Shown piece after piece: positions 19,802 through 29,044 of a stretch of DNA of 64,000 nt. Below the pieces are notes generated by a model. That model was given only the letters and a program-made list of their open reading frames with translations, searched no databases and was not told where the DNA came from. Positions within the stretch are counted from its first letter, which is position 1, and the number at the start of each line of letters is the position of its first letter. Made by a program: the position numbers and the translations under genes. Origin of the DNA: an uncultured bacterium (lineage in GTDB: Bacteria; Fidelibacterota; Marinisomatia; Marinisomatales; JACNKV01); the NCBI GenBank assembly GCA_964422145.1, contig CAYQZV010000010.1, positions 694 to 64,693 on the forward strand, read 5' to 3'.

Positions 19802-21799
19802 ATGGCAGAGTTTCAAATACATTCTAACTTCACTCCATGCGGTGATCAGCCCAAAGCAATTCGCGAATTGACGGATGGAATACATCACGCCAACCCGCAT
19901 CAAATACTGATGGGAGTCACCGGATCCGGGAAGACATACACAATGGCAAAGGTGATTGAATCCGTTCAAAAACCGACATTAATTATTTCACATAATAAAA
20001 CGTTGGCTGCACAGTTGTATGGTGAGTTTAAACAACTCTTCCCAGATAATGCCGTGGAATATTTTATCAGTTATTACGATTATTACCAGCCTGAAGCATA
20101 TATGCCGGTAACGGATACATTTATAGAAAAAGACTTTTCAATGAATGACGAAATTGACAAACTTCGGTTAAAAGCAACCAGCTCACTCATTGAAAGAAAT
20201 GATGTGATCGTTGTGAGTTCTGTCAGCTGTATTTACGGTATCGGTTCTCCGAGTGAGTACAAAGATCAAGTTATACATTTGCACAAAGGAAAACCGTTAG
20301 CGAGAAAAGAATTTTTCAAGAAACTGATCAATATCCATTATTTAAGAAACGATACATCGTTGGAACGAGGATCGTTTCGCGTCCGAGGCGATGTCATTGA
20401 ATTATTTCCAGCATATGAAGATAGTTGTCTACGCATTGAACTTTTCGGAGATACCATTGACGGACTTCATTCATTCGATTATTTGACCGGTGAAGTCTAT
20501 AAAGAATATGACACGAAATTGATTTACCCTGCTAAACATTTTGTGACGGATACTGAAACGGCATTGAAAGTAGTTTCAGAAATCCGGGATGAACTAAATG
20601 AACAGTTAAGCGTTTTACGGGATGCTGGCAAACTATTAGAAGCACAGCGTTTAGAGCAGAGAACAAATTTTGATATCGAGATGATCCAGGAAGTCGGGTA
20701 TTGTTCTGGGATTGAAAATTACTCTCGGTATTTCTCACAACGAAAAGCCGGTGAACGTCCTTGGACTTTAATTGATTTCTTTCCGGAAAAATTCTTAACG
20801 ATCATTGATGAGTCGCATGTGACGTTGCCCCAAATTGAAGGGATGTATAACGGAGACCGTGCAAGAAAAGAGGTGCTGGTAGAACACGGATTCAGGCTTC
20901 CTAGTGCATTGGATAATCGTCCGCTAAAAAGTGATGAATTTTTTCAGATACAGAAACAAATTATATATTCTTCAGCGACACCGGCTGTCAGAGAGTTATC
21001 CAGAACCGGCGGTGCTGTTGTTGAACAGATCATTCGACCCACCGGCTTGATTGATCCCGAAGTGGAAGTCCGTGAAACCGAAGGACAAATTGATGATCTG
21101 ATCGGTGAAATCCGTATTCGGACATCGCGAAATGAGCGCGTTTTAGTCACCACATTAACCAAAAGAATGTCTGAAGATTTGACTGAATATTTGACCGGAC
21201 TCAATCTCCGCGTAAAATATCTTCATTCTGAGATCAAAGCGTTAGAACGGGTAAAAATTTTACGGGATCTTCGGTTAGGTGAATTTGATGTGCTGGTCGG
21301 GATCAATTTGCTTCGGGAAGGATTAGACCTTCCTGAAGTGTCTTTGGTGGTTGTTTTGGACGCAGATAAGCAGGGATTCCTTCGCTCAAAAAGTTCGTTG
21401 ATGCAGGTCGCCGGTCGTGCAGCCCGGAACATTGAAGGGAAGGTCATCTTATATGCCGATCAAGTTTCTGAAGCAATGGAATTTCTGATCAAAGAGACGG
21501 CTCGAAGACGGAAGATCCAAATGGAGTATAATATCGAACATCAAATTGTGCCGAAAACAGTTTATAAATCCATGGATGACGTCTTACATTCGACAGCCGT
21601 TGCAGATTCATACAAGGATCATGAAGATTATGGCCCATATCGGAAGTTATCGGACTTTGAAAAAATGGATAGACAAATGGCATTGGATATGATGCGGGAA
21701 GAGATGCTTGAAGCAGCCAAAGATCTGGATTTTGAACATGCTGCTCATCTCCGGGATGAAATCAAAAAAATTGAAAAAGAAATTTTATTAGTATCCTAA
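19802..21799 (+). CDS. uvrB: Excinuclease ABC subunit B
   Basis: GDQPKAI, GVTGSGKT, YYDYYQPEAY, DESH, GINLLREGLD; C-terminal UVR domain. Confidence 0.98.
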   Translation: MAEFQIHSNFTPCGDQPKAIRELTDGIHHANPHQILMGVTGSGKTYTMAKVIESVQKPTLIISHNKTLAAQLYGEFKQLFPDNAVEYFISYYDYYQPEAYMPVTDTFIEKDFSMNDEIDKLRLKATSSLIERNDVIVVSSVSCIYGIGSPSEYKDQVIHLHKGKPLARKEFFKKLINIHYLRNDTSLERGSFRVRGDVIELFPAYEDSCLRIELFGDTIDGLHSFDYLTGEVYKEYDTKLIYPAKHFVTDTETALKVVSEIRDELNEQLSVLRDAGKLLEAQRLEQRTNFDIEMIQEVGYCSGIENYSRYFSQRKAGERPWTLIDFFPEKFLTIIDESHVTLPQIEGMYNGDRARKEVLVEHGFRLPSALDNRPLKSDEFFQIQKQIIYSSATPAVRELSRTGGAVVEQIIRPTGLIDPEVEVRETEGQIDDLIGEIRIRTSRNERVLVTTLTKRMSEDLTEYLTGLNLRVKYLHSEIKALERVKILRDLRLGEFDVLVGINLLREGLDLPEVSLVVVLDADKQGFLRSKSSLMQVAGRAARNIEGKVILYADQVSEAMEFLIKETARRRKIQMEYNIEHQIVPKTVYKSMDDVLHSTAVADSYKDHEDYGPYRKLSDFEKMDRQMALDMMREEMLEAAKDLDFEHAAHLRDEIKKIEKEILLVS

Positions 21800-21823
21800 A
21801 TGGATAATTTTGGAAAGGTTTAT

Positions 21824-22795
21824 ATGAAAATATTAGTCACAGGCGGAGCAGGATATATCGGATCACATGTTGTGTTGGACCTCTTGGATGCCGGTCATGA
21901 GGTTATTGCACTGGACGATCTATCTCTCGGTCACCGGGGGAATGTTGATCCTCGAGCTGAATTGATTGTGGGCTCAACATTAAATAATTCCGATTTACAA
22001 AATGTAATGAAAATGAATCCTGATGCTGTGATCCATCTCGCTGCATGGAAAGCGGCCGGAGAATCAATGGACGTTCCTGAAAAATATGCTCACAATAACA
22101 TCATGGGGACGTTAAACCTTCTCAATATGATGAGTGAATACGGTATAAAAAACTTTGTGTTCTCTTCGACGGCTGCGGTATACGGCTATCCTCAGTATTT
22201 GCCGGTGGATGAAAATCATCCGGTAGAACCGATCAATTACTACGGATACACAAAATTATCCATTGAAGAGAATTTGAAATGGTTCAGTCAATTAAAAGGA
22301 ATTCGATTCGGTGCGTTGCGGTATTTTAATGCAGCAGGGTATGACGTCAAAGGACGGATTACCAAACAGGAGAAAAGTCCTCAGAATTTATTACCGATCG
22401 TGATGGAAATTGCATCCGGAAAGCGCGAGAAACTGTACATTTTCGGAGATGATTATGATACACCCGACGGAACCGGTGTTCGGGATTATATCCATGTGAA
22501 TGATCTGGCATCGGCTCATGTGAAAGCGCTAAACTATTTACAGCAGCACGATCAAGATATTATCGTGAATTTGGCAACAGGTGTCGGATATTCTGTGTTT
22601 GACGTGGTACATATAGCGGAAGAGATTACAGGAAAACCGATCCCGTATACGATCGTTGATCGCCGTGCAGGGGATCCGGCCGAACTGACCGCCGTATCGA
22701 AGAAAACAATACTTCTAGAAGGGTGGAAGCCAATCCATTCTGATTTAGGGACGATCCTCAAAAGTATGTGGCAATTATATTCTAAACTGACATAA
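21824..22795 (+). CDS. galE: UDP-glucose 4-epimerase
   Basis: TGGAGYIGSH, YGYTK (YxxxK), RYFNAAG and DGTGVRDYIHV motifs; start taken at MKILVTGG after GGAAAGG. Confidence 0.92.
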   Translation: MKILVTGGAGYIGSHVVLDLLDAGHEVIALDDLSLGHRGNVDPRAELIVGSTLNNSDLQNVMKMNPDAVIHLAAWKAAGESMDVPEKYAHNNIMGTLNLLNMMSEYGIKNFVFSSTAAVYGYPQYLPVDENHPVEPINYYGYTKLSIEENLKWFSQLKGIRFGALRYFNAAGYDVKGRITKQEKSPQNLLPIVMEIASGKREKLYIFGDDYDTPDGTGVRDYIHVNDLASAHVKALNYLQQHDQDIIVNLATGVGYSVFDVVHIAEEITGKPIPYTIVDRRAGDPAELTAVSKKTILLEGWKPIHSDLGTILKSMWQLYSKLT

Positions 22796-22822
22796 CCAGA
22801 TCATGATATTAAATAATTATCA

Positions 22823-24034
22823 ATGGAGTCAATTATGATCGATATCAATCGATTACAGAAACTATCAGGGATCCTCGGGAATTCTGATCAAATACGTGAA
22901 GTCCTTGGAATGATCCTCCAAGTTGGTTCGGTCGATATTTCCGTACTGATCACAGGTGAATCCGGAACGGGGAAAGAGATGGTAGCCAAAGCGCTTCATA
23001 AAGTCAGCCGACGATCAAATGAAGCGTTGGTCACCGTCAATTGCGGTGCAATTCCTGAAGGTATTATCGAAAGTGAATTATTCGGGCATAAAAAAGGTGC
23101 ATTCACCGGAGCGGGAGAAGATCGAAAAGGCTATTTTGAATCCGCACATAAAGGAACGATATTTCTCGATGAAATTGGCGAGACACCTCTGGAAACGCAG
23201 GTAAAACTGTTACGTGTTCTTGAAAGCGGTGAGTTTATGCGCGTTGGTGACTCAAAAACACTGTATTCTGATGTTCGCGTTATTGCGGCGACCAATAAAG
23301 ATTTGGGCGAGTTGGTTAAAAACGGGAAGTTTCGACAAGACCTATATTATCGGCTGAAATCCGTGACAATTAACATTCCTGCATTTCGGCATCGGATTGA
23401 GGATATGTCCCTGCTGGTGGAACGGTTTGCATTGGAATTTACACGATCCAATGATATTCCGTACCGCGGATTTATGCCGGAAGCTATCCGATCGATGAAG
23501 CAATATGACTGGCCGGGAAATGTTCGCGAATTAAAGCATTTTGTTGAACGAATCCTTGTCCTTGAAAAAGGAGAACGGATCACAGCTGATATGGTTGAAC
23601 AGCAGTTGAATCTATCACGTCCGATCGGCGGAGCGAATTCGAATCTTCCGATATTAATCGATCAATCACCCGAGCGGGCTGAAATGGAATTGATTTTACG
23701 TCAGCTGTTCCTTCTGCGGCAGGATATGGAGTCCGTCAAGCATTTACTGGGAGACCGACCGGCGGCTTATAATGAACCGATCCCGGTTTTACCAACGAAT
23801 CAGGCGATTGATCAGGTTCCGATGGAAATTGACGAAAGCTCCCAGCATTTTATCCGAAATGATGCAGTCGGTGAAATGACGTTAAAGGAGATTGAGGAAG
23901 AAGCCATTTGCCGTACGTTAAAGTATTTTAATAATAATCGGAGGGCAGCGGCTAAATCACTTGGGATGAGTGAACGAACACTTTACCGAAAAATCAATGA
24001 ATACGGTTTAGAGAGAAAGATAAAAAAATTATGA
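22823..24034 (+). CDS. Sigma-54-dependent transcriptional activator (AAA+ plus Fis HTH, no N-terminal sensor)
   Basis: [21 protein letters not shown] and WPGNVREL motifs; C-terminal [18 protein letters not shown]. Confidence 0.92.
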   Translation: MESIMIDINRLQKLSGILGNSDQIREVLGMILQVGSVDISVLITGESGTGKEMVAKALHKVSRRSNEALVTVNCGAIPEGIIESELFGHKKGAFTGAGEDRKGYFESAHKGTIFLDEIGETPLETQVKLLRVLESGEFMRVGDSKTLYSDVRVIAATNKDLGELVKNGKFRQDLYYRLKSVTINIPAFRHRIEDMSLLVERFALEFTRSNDIPYRGFMPEAIRSMKQYDWPGNVRELKHFVERILVLEKGERITADMVEQQLNLSRPIGGANSNLPILIDQSPERAEMELILRQLFLLRQDMESVKHLLGDRPAAYNEPIPVLPTNQAIDQVPMEIDESSQHFIRNDAVGEMTLKEIEEEAICRTLKYFNNNRRAAAKSLGMSERTLYRKINEYGLERKIKKL

Positions 24035-24594
24035 AAAAATTATTCATCATCATTGCGGTTGGTTTAACATCATTTCACCTGATGAATTGCGGATATTACT
24101 CGATGGCCGGATCGATTCCTCCTCATATCAAGAGTGTCGCGATTCCGCTGCTGGAAAACCAAACCGCAGAATATGGGGTTTCCGAAGAGATCACCGATAA
24201 TTTGATTGGGATGTTTACAGAGGAAAACATTTTAAATATCAGGGAAGAGGACAACTCGGACTCCATTTTACGGGGACGCATTATCAGCGTAAAAGATTCA
24301 CCGTTCACGTACAGCCAAATGGAAGCCGTATCTGAATTTCGCCTGACGATTAAAATTGATGTGGAATGGTATGATATCCAGAATGATAAAGTGATCTTAG
24401 ACAAACAATACTCAGGTTGGGGTGCTTATGGTTTTGGCGAAGATATCAGTTCTGACGGTGTAGATAACGATGGAGACGGTGTGATGGATGAAGACGATTC
24501 TGATGAAGTCGGTGACGCAAGAACTTTTGCAACAAAAGTGGCTGTGGAGAAAATTGCACAGGATATTATTAACGATATTTTGTCCGATTGGTAA
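24031..24594 (+). CDS. lptE: LptE family LPS-assembly lipoprotein
   Basis: Lipobox MNCGYYS; SIPPHIKSVAIP; C-terminal IAQDIINDILSDW. Position after the sigma-54 activator matches the Bacteroidota arrangement (recalled). Confidence 0.75.
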   Translation: MKKLFIIIAVGLTSFHLMNCGYYSMAGSIPPHIKSVAIPLLENQTAEYGVSEEITDNLIGMFTEENILNIREEDNSDSILRGRIISVKDSPFTYSQMEAVSEFRLTIKIDVEWYDIQNDKVILDKQYSGWGAYGFGEDISSDGVDNDGDGVMDEDDSDEVGDARTFATKVAVEKIAQDIINDILSDW

Positions 24595-24629
24595 ATTGAC
24601 AAGATTATAGAGATGATACGTACACAACC

Positions 24630-25793
24630 ATGAGTAAAATTGAAAAATATATACTGATGATCACGGGCGGGTCTCATTTGACCGTTCATGCCATTATGCT
24701 AGTGTTCCCCAGTATTTTATTAACCGTTCAGAAAGATTATAATGTCGGGCTGGATACACTTGGATATCTCGCGATGTTAAGTGCATTCATGTTTGGGGTG
24801 GGAGCTATTCCCACAGGATATTTTGAGTCGAAGATCGGCGGGCGAAATTTACTGTTGATCTATCTGCTCGGTTCTGCTGCCTCGACGATCATTATTCTAC
24901 TGTCCAAAACGCTGTTTACATTTGGTGTTGGGCTGACACTATTAGGACTGTTTTGCAGCATCCATCACCCTGCGGGATTAACGATCATCTCCAAACGCAT
25001 TACCGATATCAACCGAGGGATGGCTTTTCATGGGATTGCCGGTTCCATCGGATTGGCCATCGGTCCTTTTGTAACAGCGATCATCGCCGATTGGATATCG
25101 TGGAAAGCAGCATATGCAGTCTTTGCTATGATGAATTTGGGATTGGCGATAAGTATTGTTACATTGATCCCGATTCGTAAAGGCTCACATGAGATGACGG
25201 ATTTAGCCGGAACAAAGGTAACAAATCGCGGTGCGTTAATGGTTTATTATGCGATTGGAATTTTTATCGGTTTATCCTTTGCCGGATTCACAACGTTCAT
25301 GCCCACGCATTTTGCCATCAAAACCCGTGAGTTGATCACTGCATTCTCTGATACGGTTCGCGGCGGTGTATTTACCACTGCTGTGTTGCTTGCAGGGATC
25401 GTGGGGCAGATCATTGGCGGCATTCTGGGGAAACGGTATCAAAAAGCAAATGTGTTATTGTGGATCATTTTAACAAGCATTCCGCTATTGGTGTTGATTG
25501 GTATTTTAAATGGATGGATACTGATTATAGTCGCCGTCATGTTTGGTATCGTTCATTTTGCATGGCAGCCGGTTGCCAATTCACTGCTGGCCACCTTAAC
25601 GATAAGCCGGCATCGGGGAGTCGGGTACGGGATCAGTTTCTTTTTCAGCTTTGGAGTGGGTTCTATTGCAGCCGGTGTCAGCGGTTGGGTCTCGGAATAT
25701 TTTGGTGTGGCTTATGTGTTCCCGGTGATGGCAATGGTATTGCTTCCGGCCGGTATACTGGCTTACGTTCTGAAAAGAAAAACAACGATTTAA
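24630..25793 (+). CDS. MFS transporter
   Basis: About 12 hydrophobic segments; KIGGRN loop; SIHHPAG; GMAFHGIAGSIG. Confidence 0.85.
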   Translation: MSKIEKYILMITGGSHLTVHAIMLVFPSILLTVQKDYNVGLDTLGYLAMLSAFMFGVGAIPTGYFESKIGGRNLLLIYLLGSAASTIIILLSKTLFTFGVGLTLLGLFCSIHHPAGLTIISKRITDINRGMAFHGIAGSIGLAIGPFVTAIIADWISWKAAYAVFAMMNLGLAISIVTLIPIRKGSHEMTDLAGTKVTNRGALMVYYAIGIFIGLSFAGFTTFMPTHFAIKTRELITAFSDTVRGGVFTTAVLLAGIVGQIIGGILGKRYQKANVLLWIILTSIPLLVLIGILNGWILIIVAVMFGIVHFAWQPVANSLLATLTISRHRGVGYGISFFFSFGVGSIAAGVSGWVSEYFGVAYVFPVMAMVLLPAGILAYVLKRKTTI

Positions 25794-25820
25794 TATGAAT
25801 CTAATGAAAAGAAAAATACT

Positions 25821-27194
25821 ATGAGTAAAAATCCTTTCATCAATTTACCATCGGTTTCAGAAGTTTTGAATGAAGTTCCCTCTGAGATTAAACTGCACCA
25901 TCGTTATTTGACAAAGATCATTGATCAAGAGATCAAATCGATACGCGGTAGAATTCGCAAAGATCAAACAGAGTTTTCCCGCAAAGAGATCATTGAAAAT
26001 ATTCTTCAACAAATATGGGAATTTTCCGTGCCGTCTATGAAGAATGTGATTAACGGTACAGGTGTTGTTTTGCACACCGGATTCGGGCGCGCCCCGCAAT
26101 CCGGGAAATTGTTGCGAAAAATCGCCAAACGATTGGAAGGGTACGTAAATCTTGAGTTTGATTTGGAGTCAGGGAAACGCGGCGAAAGACAGGATCATGT
26201 TTCATTTATGCTGAATGCTTTAAGCGGAACAGATGCAAGTTTAATGGTAAACAATAATGCTGCTGCTGTGTTATTAGCGCTGAATACCGTTGCTGAAGGA
26301 AAAGAGGTGATCATATCCAGAGGGCAGCAGGTTGAGATCGGCGGGTCGTTCCGTATCCCTGATATTATAAAAAAAAGCGGCTGCAGCATGAAAGAGGTCG
26401 GAACGACAAACCGAACGCACCTAAAAGATTACGAAAAGGCAATTACAAAAGAAACCGGGTTGCTGTTATGGGTGCATACAAGCAACTACGTGGTGGAAGG
26501 ATTCACCAAAGATGTTTCTCTTCAGGAATTGGTTCAACTTGGCAAACGGAAAAAGATTCCGGTCATGGCTGATCTGGGCAGCGGTGCGTTGATTGACTGG
26601 TCGGAAAAGGATATCCCGAAAGAACTTCCGGTGTCTGATATTGTGAAAACCGGTGTGAATTTTGTGACATTTTCAGGCGATAAACTACTCGGAGGTCCGC
26701 AAGCTGGTATCATTGTTGGTAAGAATACGTTTGTGAAGAAAATGTATGCAAATCCGCTGTATCGAGCCATCCGCTGTGATAAAGTTTGTATCGGTATGAT
26801 GGAAGAAACCCTGAAGATGATCTATGGAGATAATTTATCCAAAGACAATTTGACATATACATTATTGACATCCAAACCCTCTACACTGATGAAACGGGGA
26901 GAGGATATTGTATCATCCCTGTCAAAGAAAACGATTCGGGAATTAAAAATTCAGTTGGTTGACTCTCAGGTGGAAGCAGGCAGTGGATCACTTCCGGTTA
27001 AGACCATTAAAAGCGCGGCGTTGAAATTTCAGCCGAAATCGATGAAAGTGAGTCAGCTTTCTCAACACTTCAGACTGGGATATCCACCCGTTGTCGGATA
27101 TATTTCCGGGAACGCATTTTATATCGATCTGAAAGCGATTCTGTCAAAACAAATTAAACAGTTATCCCAACGGATTGAGCACATAGTCAAATGA
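25821..27194 (+). CDS. selA: L-seryl-tRNA(Sec) selenium transferase
   Basis: VINGTGVVLHT, VNNNAAAV, EIGGSFRIPD, EVGTTNRTH; PLP-Lys motif FSGDKLLGGPQAG. Confidence 0.96.
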   Translation: MSKNPFINLPSVSEVLNEVPSEIKLHHRYLTKIIDQEIKSIRGRIRKDQTEFSRKEIIENILQQIWEFSVPSMKNVINGTGVVLHTGFGRAPQSGKLLRKIAKRLEGYVNLEFDLESGKRGERQDHVSFMLNALSGTDASLMVNNNAAAVLLALNTVAEGKEVIISRGQQVEIGGSFRIPDIIKKSGCSMKEVGTTNRTHLKDYEKAITKETGLLLWVHTSNYVVEGFTKDVSLQELVQLGKRKKIPVMADLGSGALIDWSEKDIPKELPVSDIVKTGVNFVTFSGDKLLGGPQAGIIVGKNTFVKKMYANPLYRAIRCDKVCIGMMEETLKMIYGDNLSKDNLTYTLLTSKPSTLMKRGEDIVSSLSKKTIRELKIQLVDSQVEAGSGSLPVKTIKSAALKFQPKSMKVSQLSQHFRLGYPPVVGYISGNAFYIDLKAILSKQIKQLSQRIEHIVK

Positions 27195-29044
27195 CTCAAG
27201 TTGTCATAGGAACATCCGGGCATATCGACCACGGAAAAACAGCTTTAGTCAAAGCATTGACAGGAGTTGATACTGACTATTTGGGGCAGGAAAAATCCCG
27301 CGGGATGACCATCGATCTTGGTTTCGCATTTCTGAATGATTCCATCACGATGATTGACGTGCCGGGGCACGAAAAGTTTATTCGAAATATGGTCGCCGGA
27401 GTTTCAACAATTCATATTGCATTGTTGGTCATTGCCGCAGATGACGGGATCATGCCGCAAACCCGTGAACATCTTCAGATCATTTCGCTGTTGGGCATCC
27501 CCAAAGCAGTGATTGCACTGACGAAAACCGATCTTGTCAATGAACCGGAATGGATTGATCTGATTGAAGAAGAGATTCGTGAGGTTTTATCAGAGACACG
27601 GTTTCAGGATGCTCCCATTGTACGAACATCGATCAATCCTGAATCAGGGATTGAGGAATTAAGAAATGTGCTTATTGAATCCGCAGCTTCCGTACAAAAT
27701 ACTCAAGATAGAGGATTCTTTCGAATGCAAGTGGACCGAGTCTTTGTTAAAACCGGTTTCGGACTGGTGACCACCGGAACGGTTATCTCCGGCGGATTAA
27801 AAACCGGAGATGAAGTGATGACACTGCCAACCGGTGAAAAAAGAAAAGTTCGGGGAATCCAAAGCCACGGAAAGACGGTTCAATCCGTGCAAATGGGTGA
27901 CCGGGCTGCGGTGAATATCGCTGGATTATCGAAAGAACACGTTTGGAGAGGATCAGAAATAGTCAGTACGGGATATTTAGAACCCGTGACCAAATTTATC
28001 GCCAATCTTTCGATGATCGGAGATACTGTATGGAAGATCAAATCAAAACAGCGGGTTCGTGTTCATATCGGAACGTCAGAAATTCTTGGGCGGGTTACTC
28101 TGCCCGAAAAAACACTTTCCGCCGGTGAAACCGGAAACTGCGTGCTATCACTGGAAGAATCCGTCATCGCGGCGATGGATGACCGGTTTGTCCTTCGATC
28201 CTATTCCCCGATGGAAACCATCGCCGGCGGACGTGTATTGGATCCGAATCCAAACGGGTCATGGAAAGAGATTAGGGCTTGGGCGAAAGATTTACCCGTG
28301 GACCCGGAACAAAGATATTTGCAATTCATCAATCAGTCCTGGCGATCACCCAAATCTATATTGGATTGGAGCCAATCGTTTCATATCAGTCAGGATGATT
28401 TAGCACAAATTCTATCTCCGCACACGGATATGATTGACCATCTATGCATCACAAAAGGCAATATTAATCTATCTAAAGATCTGTTTCTTGAAGCGATTGA
28501 AAATTTTCATCAACAAAATCCTTATAGAGCATTTATTGGATTAAAATTTCTTCAAAATCAGCTTCAATTCAGTGTGCAGTGGTTTGATATCATCGCTCGC
28601 TTGCTAATTAAAGATCATAAAATTAAACACGTTGAGTCAGGATTCGCATCTGCGAGTCATGAAATTTCATTTTCGACCACCGATCAAGAAAAAGCGACTC
28701 GTGTCATCTCTGCATTAAACCGTACTGAAAACCTTGCTTTGAGTGAATCAGAATTGATCTCGGTTGTGGACGCATCAATCGTTCCTATTTTACACGCATT
28801 TAAAGCACAGAAAAAAGTGATTGAAATTGAAGCCGGTTTATGGATGAGCAATCAAACGTTTCAACATATCATGGCAATGGTAAAAACATGGTTCAATTCA
28901 CATACTGAATTAACGGTTCCGGTCTTTAAAGACAAATTAGGATTGACCCGAAAAACAGCGATCCCGATCTTGGAGTACTTGGATAAAAAACAATTCACGG
29001 AGCGAAGCGGAAATATTCGTTTGAAAGGAGAACATCTCGAATGA
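27191..29044 (+). CDS. selB: Selenocysteine-specific translation elongation factor
   Basis: GHIDHGKT, RGMTIDLGF, DVPGHEKF; C-terminal winged helix TRKTAIPILEYLD; ATGA overlap with selA. Confidence 0.96.
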   Translation: MTQVVIGTSGHIDHGKTALVKALTGVDTDYLGQEKSRGMTIDLGFAFLNDSITMIDVPGHEKFIRNMVAGVSTIHIALLVIAADDGIMPQTREHLQIISLLGIPKAVIALTKTDLVNEPEWIDLIEEEIREVLSETRFQDAPIVRTSINPESGIEELRNVLIESAASVQNTQDRGFFRMQVDRVFVKTGFGLVTTGTVISGGLKTGDEVMTLPTGEKRKVRGIQSHGKTVQSVQMGDRAAVNIAGLSKEHVWRGSEIVSTGYLEPVTKFIANLSMIGDTVWKIKSKQRVRVHIGTSEILGRVTLPEKTLSAGETGNCVLSLEESVIAAMDDRFVLRSYSPMETIAGGRVLDPNPNGSWKEIRAWAKDLPVDPEQRYLQFINQSWRSPKSILDWSQSFHISQDDLAQILSPHTDMIDHLCITKGNINLSKDLFLEAIENFHQQNPYRAFIGLKFLQNQLQFSVQWFDIIARLLIKDHKIKHVESGFASASHEISFSTTDQEKATRVISALNRTENLALSESELISVVDASIVPILHAFKAQKKVIEIEAGLWMSNQTFQHIMAMVKTWFNSHTELTVPVFKDKLGLTRKTAIPILEYLDKKQFTERSGNIRLKGEHLE

